64,000 nucleotides of DNA from contig JACKGO010000003.1 of the NCBI GenBank assembly GCA_020631975.1, forward strand, positions 170,973 to 234,972. Direction: 5' to 3'. This stretch comes from Candidatus Nomurabacteria bacterium. Its GTDB lineage: Bacteria; Patescibacteriota; Saccharimonadia; Saccharimonadales; CAIOMD01. This document shows positions 28,775 through 38,558 of this stretch, one piece after another. The position numbers and the translations under genes were made by a program. The notes below the pieces were generated by a model that was not told the DNA's origin, ran no database searches, and saw nothing but the letters and a program-made list of their open reading frames with translations. Every line of letters begins with the position of its first letter. Positions within the stretch are counted from its first letter, which is position 1.

Positions 28775-30649
28775 CTAGTAAAGGGCCGCAGCTGACGGCA
28801 TCGTAGATCCTGATAATAGCTTTATTACTTCTTCTGCTTCTACAGTTTCTTTTTCTAGCAATGCATCTTTTAAAGAATCTAGGTATTGCTTATTCGCACG
28901 TATTACTACCCGCGCACGGTGGGCGGCTTCTGTGATGAGTGCTTCTACCTCATCGTCAATGATTTTTGCCGTATCATCTGAATACTGACGTTCAGATACC
29001 AGCCTATCAAGCATCATACCGCCTTCAACGTGAAACACTTGGTCACGTAACTGCTTACCCATACCTTGATTGACTACCATGTCGCGAGCAAGTTCGGCAG
29101 CTTTTTGTAAATCATTACCAGCGCCAGTAGTGACACGTTCTGTACCATAAATTACTTCTTCGGCAATACGGCCACCTAGCATACGCGCCAAAACATCTTT
29201 GTATTCAATGATACTGTGATAGCTTTTGTCTTCTGGCGGGATAAACCACGTAACACCACCTGTGCCACCTCGCGGTATAATTGTTACTTTATGGACCATG
29301 TCGCTATCAGGCAATACATGCCCAACAATAGCGTGTCCAGCCTCATGGTAGGCGGTAAGTTCTTTCTCTTTTTCACTCATTACCTTACTTTTACGTTCTG
29401 GTCCTATTGCAACTTTCTCAAACGCTTCAGTAATGTCTTGTTCAGTAATCTTGGTACGATCTTGGCGGGCAGCTACAATAGCAGCTTCGTTCGCAATGTT
29501 CGCAAGATCTGCCCCGCTAGAGCCGGCCGTTTTAGCTGCCAAAGATTCTAGATCAACACCTTTTTGTAGCGGCTTTTTAGAAAAATGTACTTTTAGTATT
29601 TCTAACCTATCTTTACGGTCGGGTAATCCTATGGCCACCCGTCTGTCAAATCGTCCAGGGCGCAACAAAGCAGGATCAAGCACATCCATGCGGTTTGTAG
29701 CGGCTAATACAATAACGTTTTGGCCTTGTTCAAAGCCATCCATTTCTACAAGTATTTGATTTAGTGTTTGCTCACGTTCGTCGTGACCTCCGCCCATGCC
29801 ACTGCCTCGGCGGCGGCCAACGGCGTCAATTTCGTCTACAAAAATTATACAAGGGGCATTCTTTTTAGCTTTACTAAAAAGATCACGAACTCGGGAAGCA
29901 CCAACACCAACAAACATTTCAACAAATTCTGAACCAGATATGCTAAAGAAGGGTACATTTGCTTCACCAGCAACCGCTCGAGCCATCATAGTTTTACCTG
30001 TTCCAGGGGGGCCTACTAGTAATACACCCTTAGGAATACGAGCGCCAACTGCTTGGAATTTCTTAGGGAATTTTAAGAATTCTACCACTTCTTGGAGGTC
30101 TACCTTTGCTTCGTCGTTGCCGGCAACATCGTTAAATTTAACAACTTCTTTTTCATTACCATACAACCGAGCACTGCTCTTGCCAAAACCAAGCGCTTGG
30201 TTCCCTTGTCCTTGCGCAGATCTTAAAAGAAAAATAAGCACACCTACAATGATAATTACTGGTAATAAATTAATGAGCAGTGCAGTAATTGTTGCGCCAC
30301 TAGACGAAGCTTCTTTAAACTCAACAGATACATCTCTATTTGTTAAGCCTCCTGGCCCATAAATACTCGAACCTGCTTCGCCACGGGTAACCTCACTGGC
30401 TTTGTCTTGATCATTGAGCGTTACTTCTATTTTTTCACCAGATACAACAAGTTTAGATATTTCACCCCTGTTAGCACGATTCATTACATCGTTATAAGGC
30501 TTTTGAGCGAGTTCGGCTGGTTTATTAAAACTAAGCAAAAATACGCCAACGAATAGCGCAACAATAACTGCAAAACCTAGGTTCTTATACAACCTTTTTT
30601 TATTATCAGGTTTTTTCTGAGGTACTTTCTTTTTATCCATATCAATCAA
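28775..30649 (-). CDS. ftsH: ATP-dependent zinc metalloprotease FtsH
   Basis: [21 protein letters not shown] zinc motif; two N-terminal TM helices. Confidence 0.98.
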   Translation of the reverse strand: MIDMDKKKVPQKKPDNKKRLYKNLGFAVIVALFVGVFLLSFNKPAELAQKPYNDVMNRANRGEISKLVVSGEKIEVTLNDQDKASEVTRGEAGSSIYGPGGLTNRDVSVEFKEASSSGATITALLINLLPVIIIVGVLIFLLRSAQGQGNQALGFGKSSARLYGNEKEVVKFNDVAGNDEAKVDLQEVVEFLKFPKKFQAVGARIPKGVLLVGPPGTGKTMMARAVAGEANVPFFSISGSEFVEMFVGVGASRVRDLFSKAKKNAPCIIFVDEIDAVGRRRGSGMGGGHDEREQTLNQILVEMDGFEQGQNVIVLAATNRMDVLDPALLRPGRFDRRVAIGLPDRKDRLEILKVHFSKKPLQKGVDLESLAAKTAGSSGADLANIANEAAIVAARQDRTKITEQDITEAFEKVAIGPERKSKVMSEKEKELTAYHEAGHAIVGHVLPDSDMVHKVTIIPRGGTGGVTWFIPPEDKSYHSIIEYKDVLARMLGGRIAEEVIYGTERVTTGAGNDLQKAAELARDMVVNQGMGKQLRDQVFHVEGGMMLDRLVSERQYSDDTAKIIDDEVEALITEAAHRARVVIRANKQYLDSLKDALLEKETVEAEEVIKLLSGSTMPSAAALY

Positions 30650-31576
30650 TTATACCGTTTTTTCATCTGTTTGACTACGTGAAATAAATCTGGCAGAACG
30701 TTTAGTTAATTGAATATCAACACCAGACACCTGAATCACTTTTCCAGGCAACATCGTTTTGATAGCTACGGTTACTTTTTCAATAGTAGGAGTATCAACG
30801 TTTGCCGCGTTAGCTCTTCGTAGCAACATATGCACTACTTCTGTGGAGATATCGTGGGGCAATTTGCAAAACCAGCTTCTATTTAACACCAGTGTATCTT
30901 TATGTAGCCCGCGGGTAATAAGTAGCCGGAGCTCTTTGTCAATTTTTGTGTTTAATAATTGCGTGTTTTGAATTATAGCCAGTGCCTGAGCGCGTTGCTG
31001 GGTATTCATCTTGGCAACGACAGTATGCCTAATGTTATTTCTGGCGTATGCTGTATCAATATTTGTACTGTCTTCACGCCACTGCAAATTATGAGCTTTG
31101 GCGTAATTGTAGATATCACGCTTAGGAACATAAAGTATTGGCCGAATAATCGTATCGGTACTTTGCAACGAAGCAATACCTTTGCGTTTTGTGCCTCGCA
31201 TAATGTTAAGAAACATTGTTTCAATCATATCGTCCTGGTGATGAGCAGTAATAATTGCAGCAGCTTGATGTTTTTTTTGCATTCTATATAAGAATTCATA
31301 ACGTTTTTGGCGGGCCAAATCCTCGCTGGTATCATTGCCTAAAGACAACTGCGTTGTTTCGTATGTATAGCCACTATTGTTTGCTAGCTCTTCAACAAAC
31401 ATAGCATCTATGCCAGAGTCTTCTCGTATACCGTGGTCTACATGAGCAATCACAAGCGTTATATTATGTTGTTTTTTTAATAAATCTAACAGTACAACTG
31501 AATCAACACCACCTGAAACAGCTAATATATACGTGCCGTCGCTAATCTTACTATATGATAATTTGTTCAACTTCAC
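30650..31576 (-). CDS. tilS: tRNA(Ile)-lysidine synthase TilS
   Basis: PP-loop SGGVDS, 308 aa, immediately upstream of ftsH as in many bacteria. Confidence 0.9.
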   Translation of the reverse strand: MKLNKLSYSKISDGTYILAVSGGVDSVVLLDLLKKQHNITLVIAHVDHGIREDSGIDAMFVEELANNSGYTYETTQLSLGNDTSEDLARQKRYEFLYRMQKKHQAAAIITAHHQDDMIETMFLNIMRGTKRKGIASLQSTDTIIRPILYVPKRDIYNYAKAHNLQWREDSTNIDTAYARNNIRHTVVAKMNTQQRAQALAIIQNTQLLNTKIDKELRLLITRGLHKDTLVLNRSWFCKLPHDISTEVVHMLLRRANAANVDTPTIEKVTVAIKTMLPGKVIQVSGVDIQLTKRSARFISRSQTDEKTV

Positions 31577-31658
31577 TTAATGGTAGCAACTCGCATGCTG
31601 TGGCTCAAATGATAATTTTTGTACAGTGTATAATGATACTTAAAACTAAGGAGCCCAT

Positions 31659-33851
31659 ATGTCTAATAAACTACTTATCGTATCTACGAGGCTGCCTGTA
31701 AGCGTTACAAAACAAGACGGTGTATTGCAATTCCACCCAAGTACTGGTGGATTAGCAACTGGTGTGTCAAAAGTCAGTGAAACCAGAGACAGCATATGGG
31801 TTGGTTGGCCTGGCATTAGTTCAGAAGAACTCAGCAATAAAGAAAAGTCACAAATAACCCAAGAGCTAAAAAAGTATAAGTGCCACCCAGTTTTCTTAAC
31901 AACTCAAGAAGTTGACTATTTTTACTCTGGGTATTGTAACGCAACGATCTGGCCTTTATTCCACTATTTTTCTAATATGGCCGAGTTTAAAACAGAATAT
32001 TGGAATTCTTATGTACAAGTCAATGCACTCTTTTTTAAAGAAGTGAACAAATTTATAAAAGATAGTTCTGTAGTTTGGGTACATGATTACCAATTAATGT
32101 TGTTACCGAAATTAATAAGAGACCACCACGCCAATGCGCGTATAGGCTTTTTCTTGCATACGCCGTTTCCATCGTATGAAATCTTTAGAATACTTCCTGA
32201 GCGAACAGATATATTAGAAGGGCTTCTAGGCTCTGACTTGGTAGGTTTTCATACCTATGATTACGTAAGACATTTCTTAAGTAGCGTGCAAAGAAATTTA
32301 GGATATGATGTTAATCTTGGAAACATCACTGTAGGCAACAGAGTTGTGAAGGCAGATGCCTACCCAATTAGTATTGATTACCGCAAATTTGCAAAAACAC
32401 CAACTGTTAATCAGGTTAAAAAGATACTCAAGAATATAGGTGTATTACATGATAAAAAGACTGTGATATTAGCGGTAGATAGAGCAGATTATTCCAAAGG
32501 CATTCCTGCACGACTAGACGCATTTGAAACATTCTTAAAGCAAAACCCTACCTATCACGAAAAAGTAGTACTCATACTACTCGCCGTACCTTCGAGGGGT
32601 GATGTAGAAGCATATCAAGACCTACGAGATACCATTGAACAAAAAGTTAGTAGAATAAATGGTGAATATTCAACCGTAGACTGGAACCCCATACATTATC
32701 GATACCAGTCACTACCGTTCCATGAATTAAGCGCACTATATGCAATGGCAGAGATTATGTTAGTGACGCCTTTGCGAGATGGTATGAATTTAGTCGCAAA
32801 AGAATATGTCGCATCTCATCACAAAGGAAAAGGTGTGCTCATATTAAGTGAAATGGCCGGTGCTGCAAGTGAACTTCAAGAGGCACTGCAGGTGAATCCA
32901 AACGACCACCAGATGGTTGCAGATGCACTAGTAACTGCCATAGAAATGCCCACAAAAGAGCAAAAAAAACGTATGTTGGCAATGCAAGATAGGATATCTA
33001 CGTACAATATTTCTAAATGGGCAGAAGATTACATTCGAGGTCTTGAAGCAACCCATAAAGAATCTGCTACCACGACAAAAAGACTTATTGGTAATACACT
33101 TAACACGTTGCTTAACGATTATACAACTGCCAATAAACGTCTTATCCTATTGGATTATGATGGTACCTTGAAGACTTTTGTGGCATCACCAAAAGCTGCG
33201 CTCGCGTACCCCACTCCTAAAGTTAGGCGTATTATCAAAAAGTTTACAGATGATCATAAAAATAAAGTTATGGTCGTCAGTGGTAGACCAAAAAGTACTT
33301 TAGATTCTTTCTTTAAAAACAAAGGACCTGGGCTCGTAGCCGAACATGGAGGTTGGATATTTGATACAGGTAGCTGGATAAAAACTAGTCTGATGCCTAA
33401 AAAATGGAAGAAACCAATTATCAAAATCCTCAAAGAATATACCGAAAAAACGCCAGGAGCATCAGTAGAAGAAAAGGATTTCTCTATTGTCTGGCACTAT
33501 AGAAATGTATCACCAGATCTTGCATACGTTCGTAAAGAAGAGCTCAAAATGACGCTACAAAATGAGCTAGAACATACTGATATTGATGTCTATGAAGGTA
33601 ATAAAATTATTGAAGTTAAGCCACAAAATATGAACAAAGGTGCAATAGTTGCCGAAATAATGAGTCAAGATGTATGGGATTTTATATTATGCATTGGCGA
33701 CGACTACACAGACGAAGATATGTTTAAAGTGATGCCAGATCGTGCATACAGTATTAAAGTTGGGCTGGGTGAATCTAGTGCCAGTTATCAAGTAGATACC
33801 GTTAAAGACGTCGTGAATATTTTAGATCAAATAACCAAACTTGATACGTAA
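31659..33851 (+). CDS. Bifunctional trehalose-6-phosphate synthase / trehalose-6-phosphate phosphatase (OtsA-OtsB fusion)
   Basis: N-terminal GT20 domain (LLIVSTRLP..., HDYQLMLLP, LRDGMNLVAKEY) fused to a HAD phosphatase (LLDYDGTL ... GDDYTDEDMF). Confidence 0.9.
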   Translation: MSNKLLIVSTRLPVSVTKQDGVLQFHPSTGGLATGVSKVSETRDSIWVGWPGISSEELSNKEKSQITQELKKYKCHPVFLTTQEVDYFYSGYCNATIWPLFHYFSNMAEFKTEYWNSYVQVNALFFKEVNKFIKDSSVVWVHDYQLMLLPKLIRDHHANARIGFFLHTPFPSYEIFRILPERTDILEGLLGSDLVGFHTYDYVRHFLSSVQRNLGYDVNLGNITVGNRVVKADAYPISIDYRKFAKTPTVNQVKKILKNIGVLHDKKTVILAVDRADYSKGIPARLDAFETFLKQNPTYHEKVVLILLAVPSRGDVEAYQDLRDTIEQKVSRINGEYSTVDWNPIHYRYQSLPFHELSALYAMAEIMLVTPLRDGMNLVAKEYVASHHKGKGVLILSEMAGAASELQEALQVNPNDHQMVADALVTAIEMPTKEQKKRMLAMQDRISTYNISKWAEDYIRGLEATHKESATTTKRLIGNTLNTLLNDYTTANKRLILLDYDGTLKTFVASPKAALAYPTPKVRRIIKKFTDDHKNKVMVVSGRPKSTLDSFFKNKGPGLVAEHGGWIFDTGSWIKTSLMPKKWKKPIIKILKEYTEKTPGASVEEKDFSIVWHYRNVSPDLAYVRKEELKMTLQNELEHTDIDVYEGNKIIEVKPQNMNKGAIVAEIMSQDVWDFILCIGDDYTDEDMFKVMPDRAYSIKVGLGESSASYQVDTVKDVVNILDQITKLDT

Positions 33852-33962
33852 CGCTTGCATAGTAGTGTTATACGTATGAGGATACTTGGTTTTTATCTAA
33901 ACTATGTTAAAAATAGCACCTAAAGTATCGTTTGCTTCATAAAACATAGTTAAGGACAAACT

Positions 33963-33985
33963 AAAAAGGCCACTTGGTAGTGACC
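33963..33985 (-). terminator. Terminator downstream of tRNA-Met
   Basis: Minus strand reads GGTCACT-ACCA-AGTGGCC followed by TTTTT. Confidence 0.7.
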
Positions 33986-33994
33986 ATTTTAGTT

Positions 33995-34071
33995 TGGTAG
34001 CAGGGACGAGATTTGAACTCGTGACCCCAGGCTTATGAGTCCTGTGCTCTAACCAACTGAGCTACCCTGCC
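33995..34071 (-). tRNA. tRNA-Met-like (anticodon CAU, elongator-type), CCA encoded
   Basis: GGCAGGGTAGCTCAGTTGGTTAGAGCACAGGACTCATAAGCCTGGGGTCACGAGTTCAAATCTCGTCCCTGCTACCA resembles E. coli elongator tRNA-Met. Has a G1-U72 pair and an A31-G39 mismatch. Confidence 0.85.
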
Positions 34072-34139
34072 AGCTATACAATGCACCATGTACTATACCA
34101 AATTTATCTACTAATTTACAGCACCGCCGATTGTACACT

Positions 34140-34185
34140 AAAAAAGAATGACCCTAAAGTATCGCAGCTGGTCATTCTTTTTTTG
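34140..34185. terminator. Bidirectional stem-loop terminator
   Basis: AAGAATGACC-16 nt-GGTCATTCTT flanked by an A-run and T-run. Confidence 0.65.
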
Positions 34186-34406
34186 CGCTAACCTGTATTA
34201 ACAGGCGTGCTCCTACTTTTTATTTTACGCTACACTAACAACGCATCAATACGTCGTAGTGCCTCGTCAGAGGTAGGAGTCAGCTCAAACGCAAGTACTA
34301 CGTCACTCATAGAGCGCTCCTGTTGATAGTTAAATTTGTTTTACTTTTTTGCTTTTTATAAGCAATGATTGTATTGTATACGAATTTTACTCAATTGTCA
34401 ATAACC

Positions 34407-35387
34407 TTATGCTATTTTTTTGTTGTATAAAATACTAGAAAAAGTAGCGACTGATATATTCGGTATAAGAACGTCCGCTTCATATATAGCAATTTGGCGA
34501 GCGTGTTCTGTCACAGTGGCACTAATGTCTGTAATTTTTGAAATCGCCTGATACGGGTTGCCCCGATATACATACATACTAGTAGCCCCGCGCGGCGTTG
34601 TTTTCTTAATAATTTTTGCTTTGTTAGCCACGTGTAGTCCTACCCAAACGCGTATACCAGCAGGTAGTAGTGGTGTGCTCTGAGAAAAGTGCATGAAGGC
34701 CGTTTTTGGTAAACTATCGGTAAGATTTCGTGCTACTGTATCGTGCACAAAAAATGATACTTGTATGTTTTTTTGAAGATAAAGTTTTTGTACCAGTTGC
34801 ACTATTTCATCTGGTTGCTGCAAATCATCAAAGTATACATGTGTCACATGTTTAAGCTGGCTCTTTACATTACTATTTTTTACTAAAATATACGGCTTTT
34901 TTATGCAATCCATTGGTTTTGCTACGTATATTTCTTTTGATTGTTGGGCTAAGCCGACGACAATACCTTTGGCGGATCCGCCCTGTATGCGCGACCCTGC
35001 AAACAGCATATTTTTTTGGTCTGAAATTGGTAACAAAGATTTACTGGCAAACGTATGCTTGTATGATAAACCACTGCCACCAATAATGTTATCGTCTTGT
35101 ACAGCTAGTGAACGCGATTCCAGAAGACGCACAGTAGCAGGTACGATGTCACCGATATTAAATCTAATAATATCACCCACTATGAGTTTATCGGCTCGTA
35201 TATGTGTATATGCTCCATTTCTGAGTACTTTATATACATATAATGGCCACGCATTTTTAGGAATGAAAAACGGCTTGTTATACATTGTATGCTTGCCTAT
35301 AGTCACACCCTTCGTAATGTCAACGCTCAGTGCTTCTAACACTTCAGAGGTTGTCATGCGATACCACTGTTTGTCCATTGTTCCCAC
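34407..35387 (-). CDS. Soluble P-type-ATPase-like protein lacking TM segments, N-domain and catalytic motifs
   Basis: Collinear Cation_ATPase_N (WYRMTTSEVLEALSVDITKG), A-domain (VLRNGAYTHIRADKLIVGDII..GDIVPATVRLLES..NMLFAGSRIQGGSAKGIVV) and P-domain remnants. No hydrophobic helices. Confidence 0.75.
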   Translation of the reverse strand: MGTMDKQWYRMTTSEVLEALSVDITKGVTIGKHTMYNKPFFIPKNAWPLYVYKVLRNGAYTHIRADKLIVGDIIRFNIGDIVPATVRLLESRSLAVQDDNIIGGSGLSYKHTFASKSLLPISDQKNMLFAGSRIQGGSAKGIVVGLAQQSKEIYVAKPMDCIKKPYILVKNSNVKSQLKHVTHVYFDDLQQPDEIVQLVQKLYLQKNIQVSFFVHDTVARNLTDSLPKTAFMHFSQSTPLLPAGIRVWVGLHVANKAKIIKKTTPRGATSMYVYRGNPYQAISKITDISATVTEHARQIAIYEADVLIPNISVATFSSILYNKKIA

Positions 35388-35466
35388 CTTCTACATCCTC
35401 ATCCTTGTTATTGCGGTAATGTTTACTTAAATGATATAGTTTTTATAAAGAGAGGGCAAAATTAAA

Positions 35467-35709
35467 ATGGGCACCGCTTGGTATATCGCCAGCAGTACAG
35501 TAGCAGCACAAGGAGTTGCAGCGCGCGCAATTATTGCTGCTGCATTGAGTATTGTTGGAATTATATTGGTATATCGGTTCGCCAGAAAAAATCCTATTCT
35601 GGCTGTCGTTTTGTATTGCCTTGTTATCTTTATAATACTTTTTACGAGCGTAATTCTTATTATTAGCGCTGCTCAAAATATAGTCAGTACTGCTGGGGTT
35701 CAAATATGA
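35467..35709 (+). CDS. Small 2-TM membrane protein
   Basis: 80 aa with two hydrophobic helices; ATGA overlap with the next gene. Confidence 0.55.
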   Translation: MGTAWYIASSTVAAQGVAARAIIAAALSIVGIILVYRFARKNPILAVVLYCLVIFIILFTSVILIISAAQNIVSTAGVQI

Positions 35710-36398
35710 ATGATTCTAGTCTTATGTTAATTGGGCTGATGATTGGTCTTACTATTGGCATGAGCGCGTCGTCTGTTGGTACCTACACTTCTATGATGAC
35801 ATCACTTCTAGGACATAAAAAAGCCCAGTGGGAAGTTATTACACTTGCTATGTTAGTTCTCTTCTACATATTTATGCTTGTTATCATCGCTTCGCTTACC
35901 CTTGCAACTATAATTACATTTTTTAGTCCTTCGTATTTAGACGCCATGTATATAGCTGGCCCAATTATTGGGATAACCGTTGGTCTTGTATATGTGCGCC
36001 ACTATTTTTGGGACCACCCTATTGTGCGCATAACACACCATAAAACTGCTGCACATAAACATACTACAAAATATTCTGGGTACCTGCAGCCATTAGTAGT
36101 CGCTGCGACACTTTTGTACGTGACCGGCCTGCCTATTATTGTAAGTATGCTTTTACTAACACTGCTCGCTCAATTATCTGGTGGCTCTATGATTACATGG
36201 AGTGTCTCTTTGGCGTTTGGTATAATCGTTCCGTTATATGGTGTACTAAGCCTTATAGCAAGTAAAACCAAAGTCTCACGAGTTATTGCATGGAAAGAAA
36301 GTGTCAAAACCACAATGGCGTTATATAGTGGGTTAGCAATTATTCTATTATCATGGTTCGTTTTGTATGCTGCATTAATACAAGGTGGCAACACATGA
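35706..36398 (+). CDS. Polytopic membrane protein (about 6 TM) with His-rich central loop
   Basis: 230 aa, no Cys, loop RHYFWDHPIVRITHHKTAAHKHTTK; overlaps both neighbours. Confidence 0.6.
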   Translation: MNDSSLMLIGLMIGLTIGMSASSVGTYTSMMTSLLGHKKAQWEVITLAMLVLFYIFMLVIIASLTLATIITFFSPSYLDAMYIAGPIIGITVGLVYVRHYFWDHPIVRITHHKTAAHKHTTKYSGYLQPLVVAATLLYVTGLPIIVSMLLLTLLAQLSGGSMITWSVSLAFGIIVPLYGVLSLIASKTKVSRVIAWKESVKTTMALYSGLAIILLSWFVLYAALIQGGNT

Positions 36399-36664
36399 CA
36401 CATGTCGTTAAAGCATCTGGGGCCATTCAAAATTACTCGGCAGAAAAACATCGCCGTAGCATTCAGCGCAGCTTATATGCGGTACACGTAAAAGCTGCAG
36501 TTGCTCATGAGATTACCGACAAAATTTTACACGCTTGTCATTCGTGGCGAGAAAACAAAGCAGAAGTCACTACCCTAGATCTTAAAACTTTCACTATAAA
36601 ACAGCTCACTCACTATGATAAAGATGCTGCAATGGTCTACAAAAAGCATAAGGATATATGGTAA
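36395..36664 (+). CDS. Stand-alone ATP-cone domain protein
   Basis: MTHVVKASGAIQNYSAEKHRRSIQRSL... matches the ATP-cone N-terminal pattern; ATGA overlap upstream and a 7-nt overlap downstream. Confidence 0.65.
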   Translation: MTHVVKASGAIQNYSAEKHRRSIQRSLYAVHVKAAVAHEITDKILHACHSWRENKAEVTTLDLKTFTIKQLTHYDKDAAMVYKKHKDIW

Positions 36665-38064
36665 GGTTAAGCAATATGGATAGACGTAACGTAAGTAAAA
36701 AATATAGTGCCGATGTCATCGTAGTTGGTAGCGGAGCCGGTGGGTCTGTTGCAGCTTTAACCCTTGCCGATGCTGGCAAACGCGTCATCATAGTAGAAAA
36801 AGAAGCTGTCGGTGGTGATTGTGCCAACTATTCTTGTATTCCTACAAAAGCACTATTAGAAACAGCAGCTATGCAAAAAATGATTACACAGGCACCTGCC
36901 CATGGCATAAAGATTGGGAATGTAAAACTCAGTTACGAAGCTGCAATTCATTCTGTTAATCAATCCATTCATAGTACAGGCGTGCTACATCCGGGTCATA
37001 GCCCATATGACAATGCAAATATACAGCTTGTACGTGGCCAAGCCCATTGTTTAGACAAACACACGATAAGTGTAGATTTAACTCGCTACACTGCTGCCAA
37101 TATCATTATTGCCAGTGGAAGCACACCTTTTGTTCCCAAAATACCTGGTTTACAAGAAATTGATTACATAACATATAGGACTTTTGCAAAACAAAAAACA
37201 CTGCCCCCGTCTGTTGCAATTATTGGTGGAGGTACCACGGCGTACGAATATGCTCAAATATACGCAGCATTTGGTGTAAAAACACATGTGTTTGAATCTC
37301 ATTATCACTTATTTTCTTCGTTTGATTCTGAAGTAGGTGACCTCGCAGAGAGTGCCTTAACCAATACTGGCGTACGGATACACACGGCTGCGAACATCAC
37401 TAAAGTGCACACAACCAAAAACGGTAATCTCATTACTTTTTCTCAAGCCGGCCAAGAACATCATGTATCGGTAGATAGTATTTTTGTAGCAGCGGGCAAT
37501 ATACCAAATACAGATATAGGGTTAGAAAACGCTGGTGTTCTTAATTCTGAAGAAGGTATTCGTGTAAATAAGCGCCTGCAAACATCACAAAAGAATATCT
37601 TTGCCATTGGCGATGTAACTGGTAATAGCCATAGCGCAAGCAGTGCGGTACACCAAGGTCTTGTTACCGCCCACAATATTCTGCACCGTAAGAAAATCAT
37701 GTTTCAAGATCATGCTGTTCCGCGAGTCGCCTATGGCATGCCAGAAATAGTTGTTGTAGGCAAAACAGAAAGACAGCTCAAACTAACAGGTTTACCATAC
37801 CAGACTTCAATAGCACCGCTAGGTATTGTTGGTAAAGCACACACAAGCGCCTACACGAGTGGATTCGTTAAAATTGTTGCTTCTTACACTGGCCACGTAG
37901 TTGGTGTAAGTATAGTTGCCCCCCAGGCCAGTGAATTTGCTAGTGAACTCACTTTTGCTATACAGCATTGCCACCGCGCCTGTGATATCGCAAACACAAT
38001 CCATCCTTTTTCTAGCTGGAGTGAGGCTGTAAGAGTCGCAGCTAGTAAAATTTACTGCACTTAG
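36658..38064 (+). CDS. FAD-dependent pyridine nucleotide-disulfide oxidoreductase (Lpd/GR/MerA family)
   Basis: VVGSGAGGS, redox-active GGDCANYSCIPTK, second Rossmann IIGGGTTAYEYA, C-terminal dimerisation domain with HPFSSWSE. Confidence 0.88.
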   Translation: MVRLSNMDRRNVSKKYSADVIVVGSGAGGSVAALTLADAGKRVIIVEKEAVGGDCANYSCIPTKALLETAAMQKMITQAPAHGIKIGNVKLSYEAAIHSVNQSIHSTGVLHPGHSPYDNANIQLVRGQAHCLDKHTISVDLTRYTAANIIIASGSTPFVPKIPGLQEIDYITYRTFAKQKTLPPSVAIIGGGTTAYEYAQIYAAFGVKTHVFESHYHLFSSFDSEVGDLAESALTNTGVRIHTAANITKVHTTKNGNLITFSQAGQEHHVSVDSIFVAAGNIPNTDIGLENAGVLNSEEGIRVNKRLQTSQKNIFAIGDVTGNSHSASSAVHQGLVTAHNILHRKKIMFQDHAVPRVAYGMPEIVVVGKTERQLKLTGLPYQTSIAPLGIVGKAHTSAYTSGFVKIVASYTGHVVGVSIVAPQASEFASELTFAIQHCHRACDIANTIHPFSSWSEAVRVAASKIYCT

Positions 38065-38197
38065 TGCTGTACTTATCTGTCTTTTTATGGTTATATTAGT
38101 ATACGCAAGATATGTCACTCCTTTAAGTACTTCTTAAAGCAAAGTAAGACAGAACGGGTCGTACTTGCGGTAAGTAGAAAAGAAGGAACAAAGAAGA

Positions 38198-38539
38198 ATG
38201 GCATTCAAACTATTTGTTGGCAGCCTGTCTTGGGGAACCGATGACGAAGCGCTGCAAGCTGCATTTGCTCCATTTGGTACAGTTGTATCCGCTAGCGTGA
38301 TCAAAGATCGCGAAAGTGGCCGCAGCAAAGGCTTTGGCTTCGTGGAGTACGAAACTCCAGAAGAAGGTAAAGCTGCTATCGATGCTCTGAACAACTCAGA
38401 GCTAGATGGTCGTACCATTGTGGTAAATGAAGCACGCCCAAAAGAAGATCGTCCTCGTAACGGTGGCGGCGGAAGCCGTGGCGGTTATGGTGGTGGTAAT
38501 CGAAGTGGCGGCGGTTCATTCCGCACCAGCAGCTGGTAA
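38198..38539 (+). CDS. RRM-type RNA-binding protein with Gly/Arg-rich tail
   Basis: RNP2 KLFVGSL, RNP1 KGFGFVEY, C-terminal RNGGGGSRGGYGGGNRSGGG. Confidence 0.92.
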   Translation: MAFKLFVGSLSWGTDDEALQAAFAPFGTVVSASVIKDRESGRSKGFGFVEYETPEEGKAAIDALNNSELDGRTIVVNEARPKEDRPRNGGGGSRGGYGGGNRSGGGSFRTSSW

Positions 38540-38558
38540 TCTTACTACGCTGAAAACT

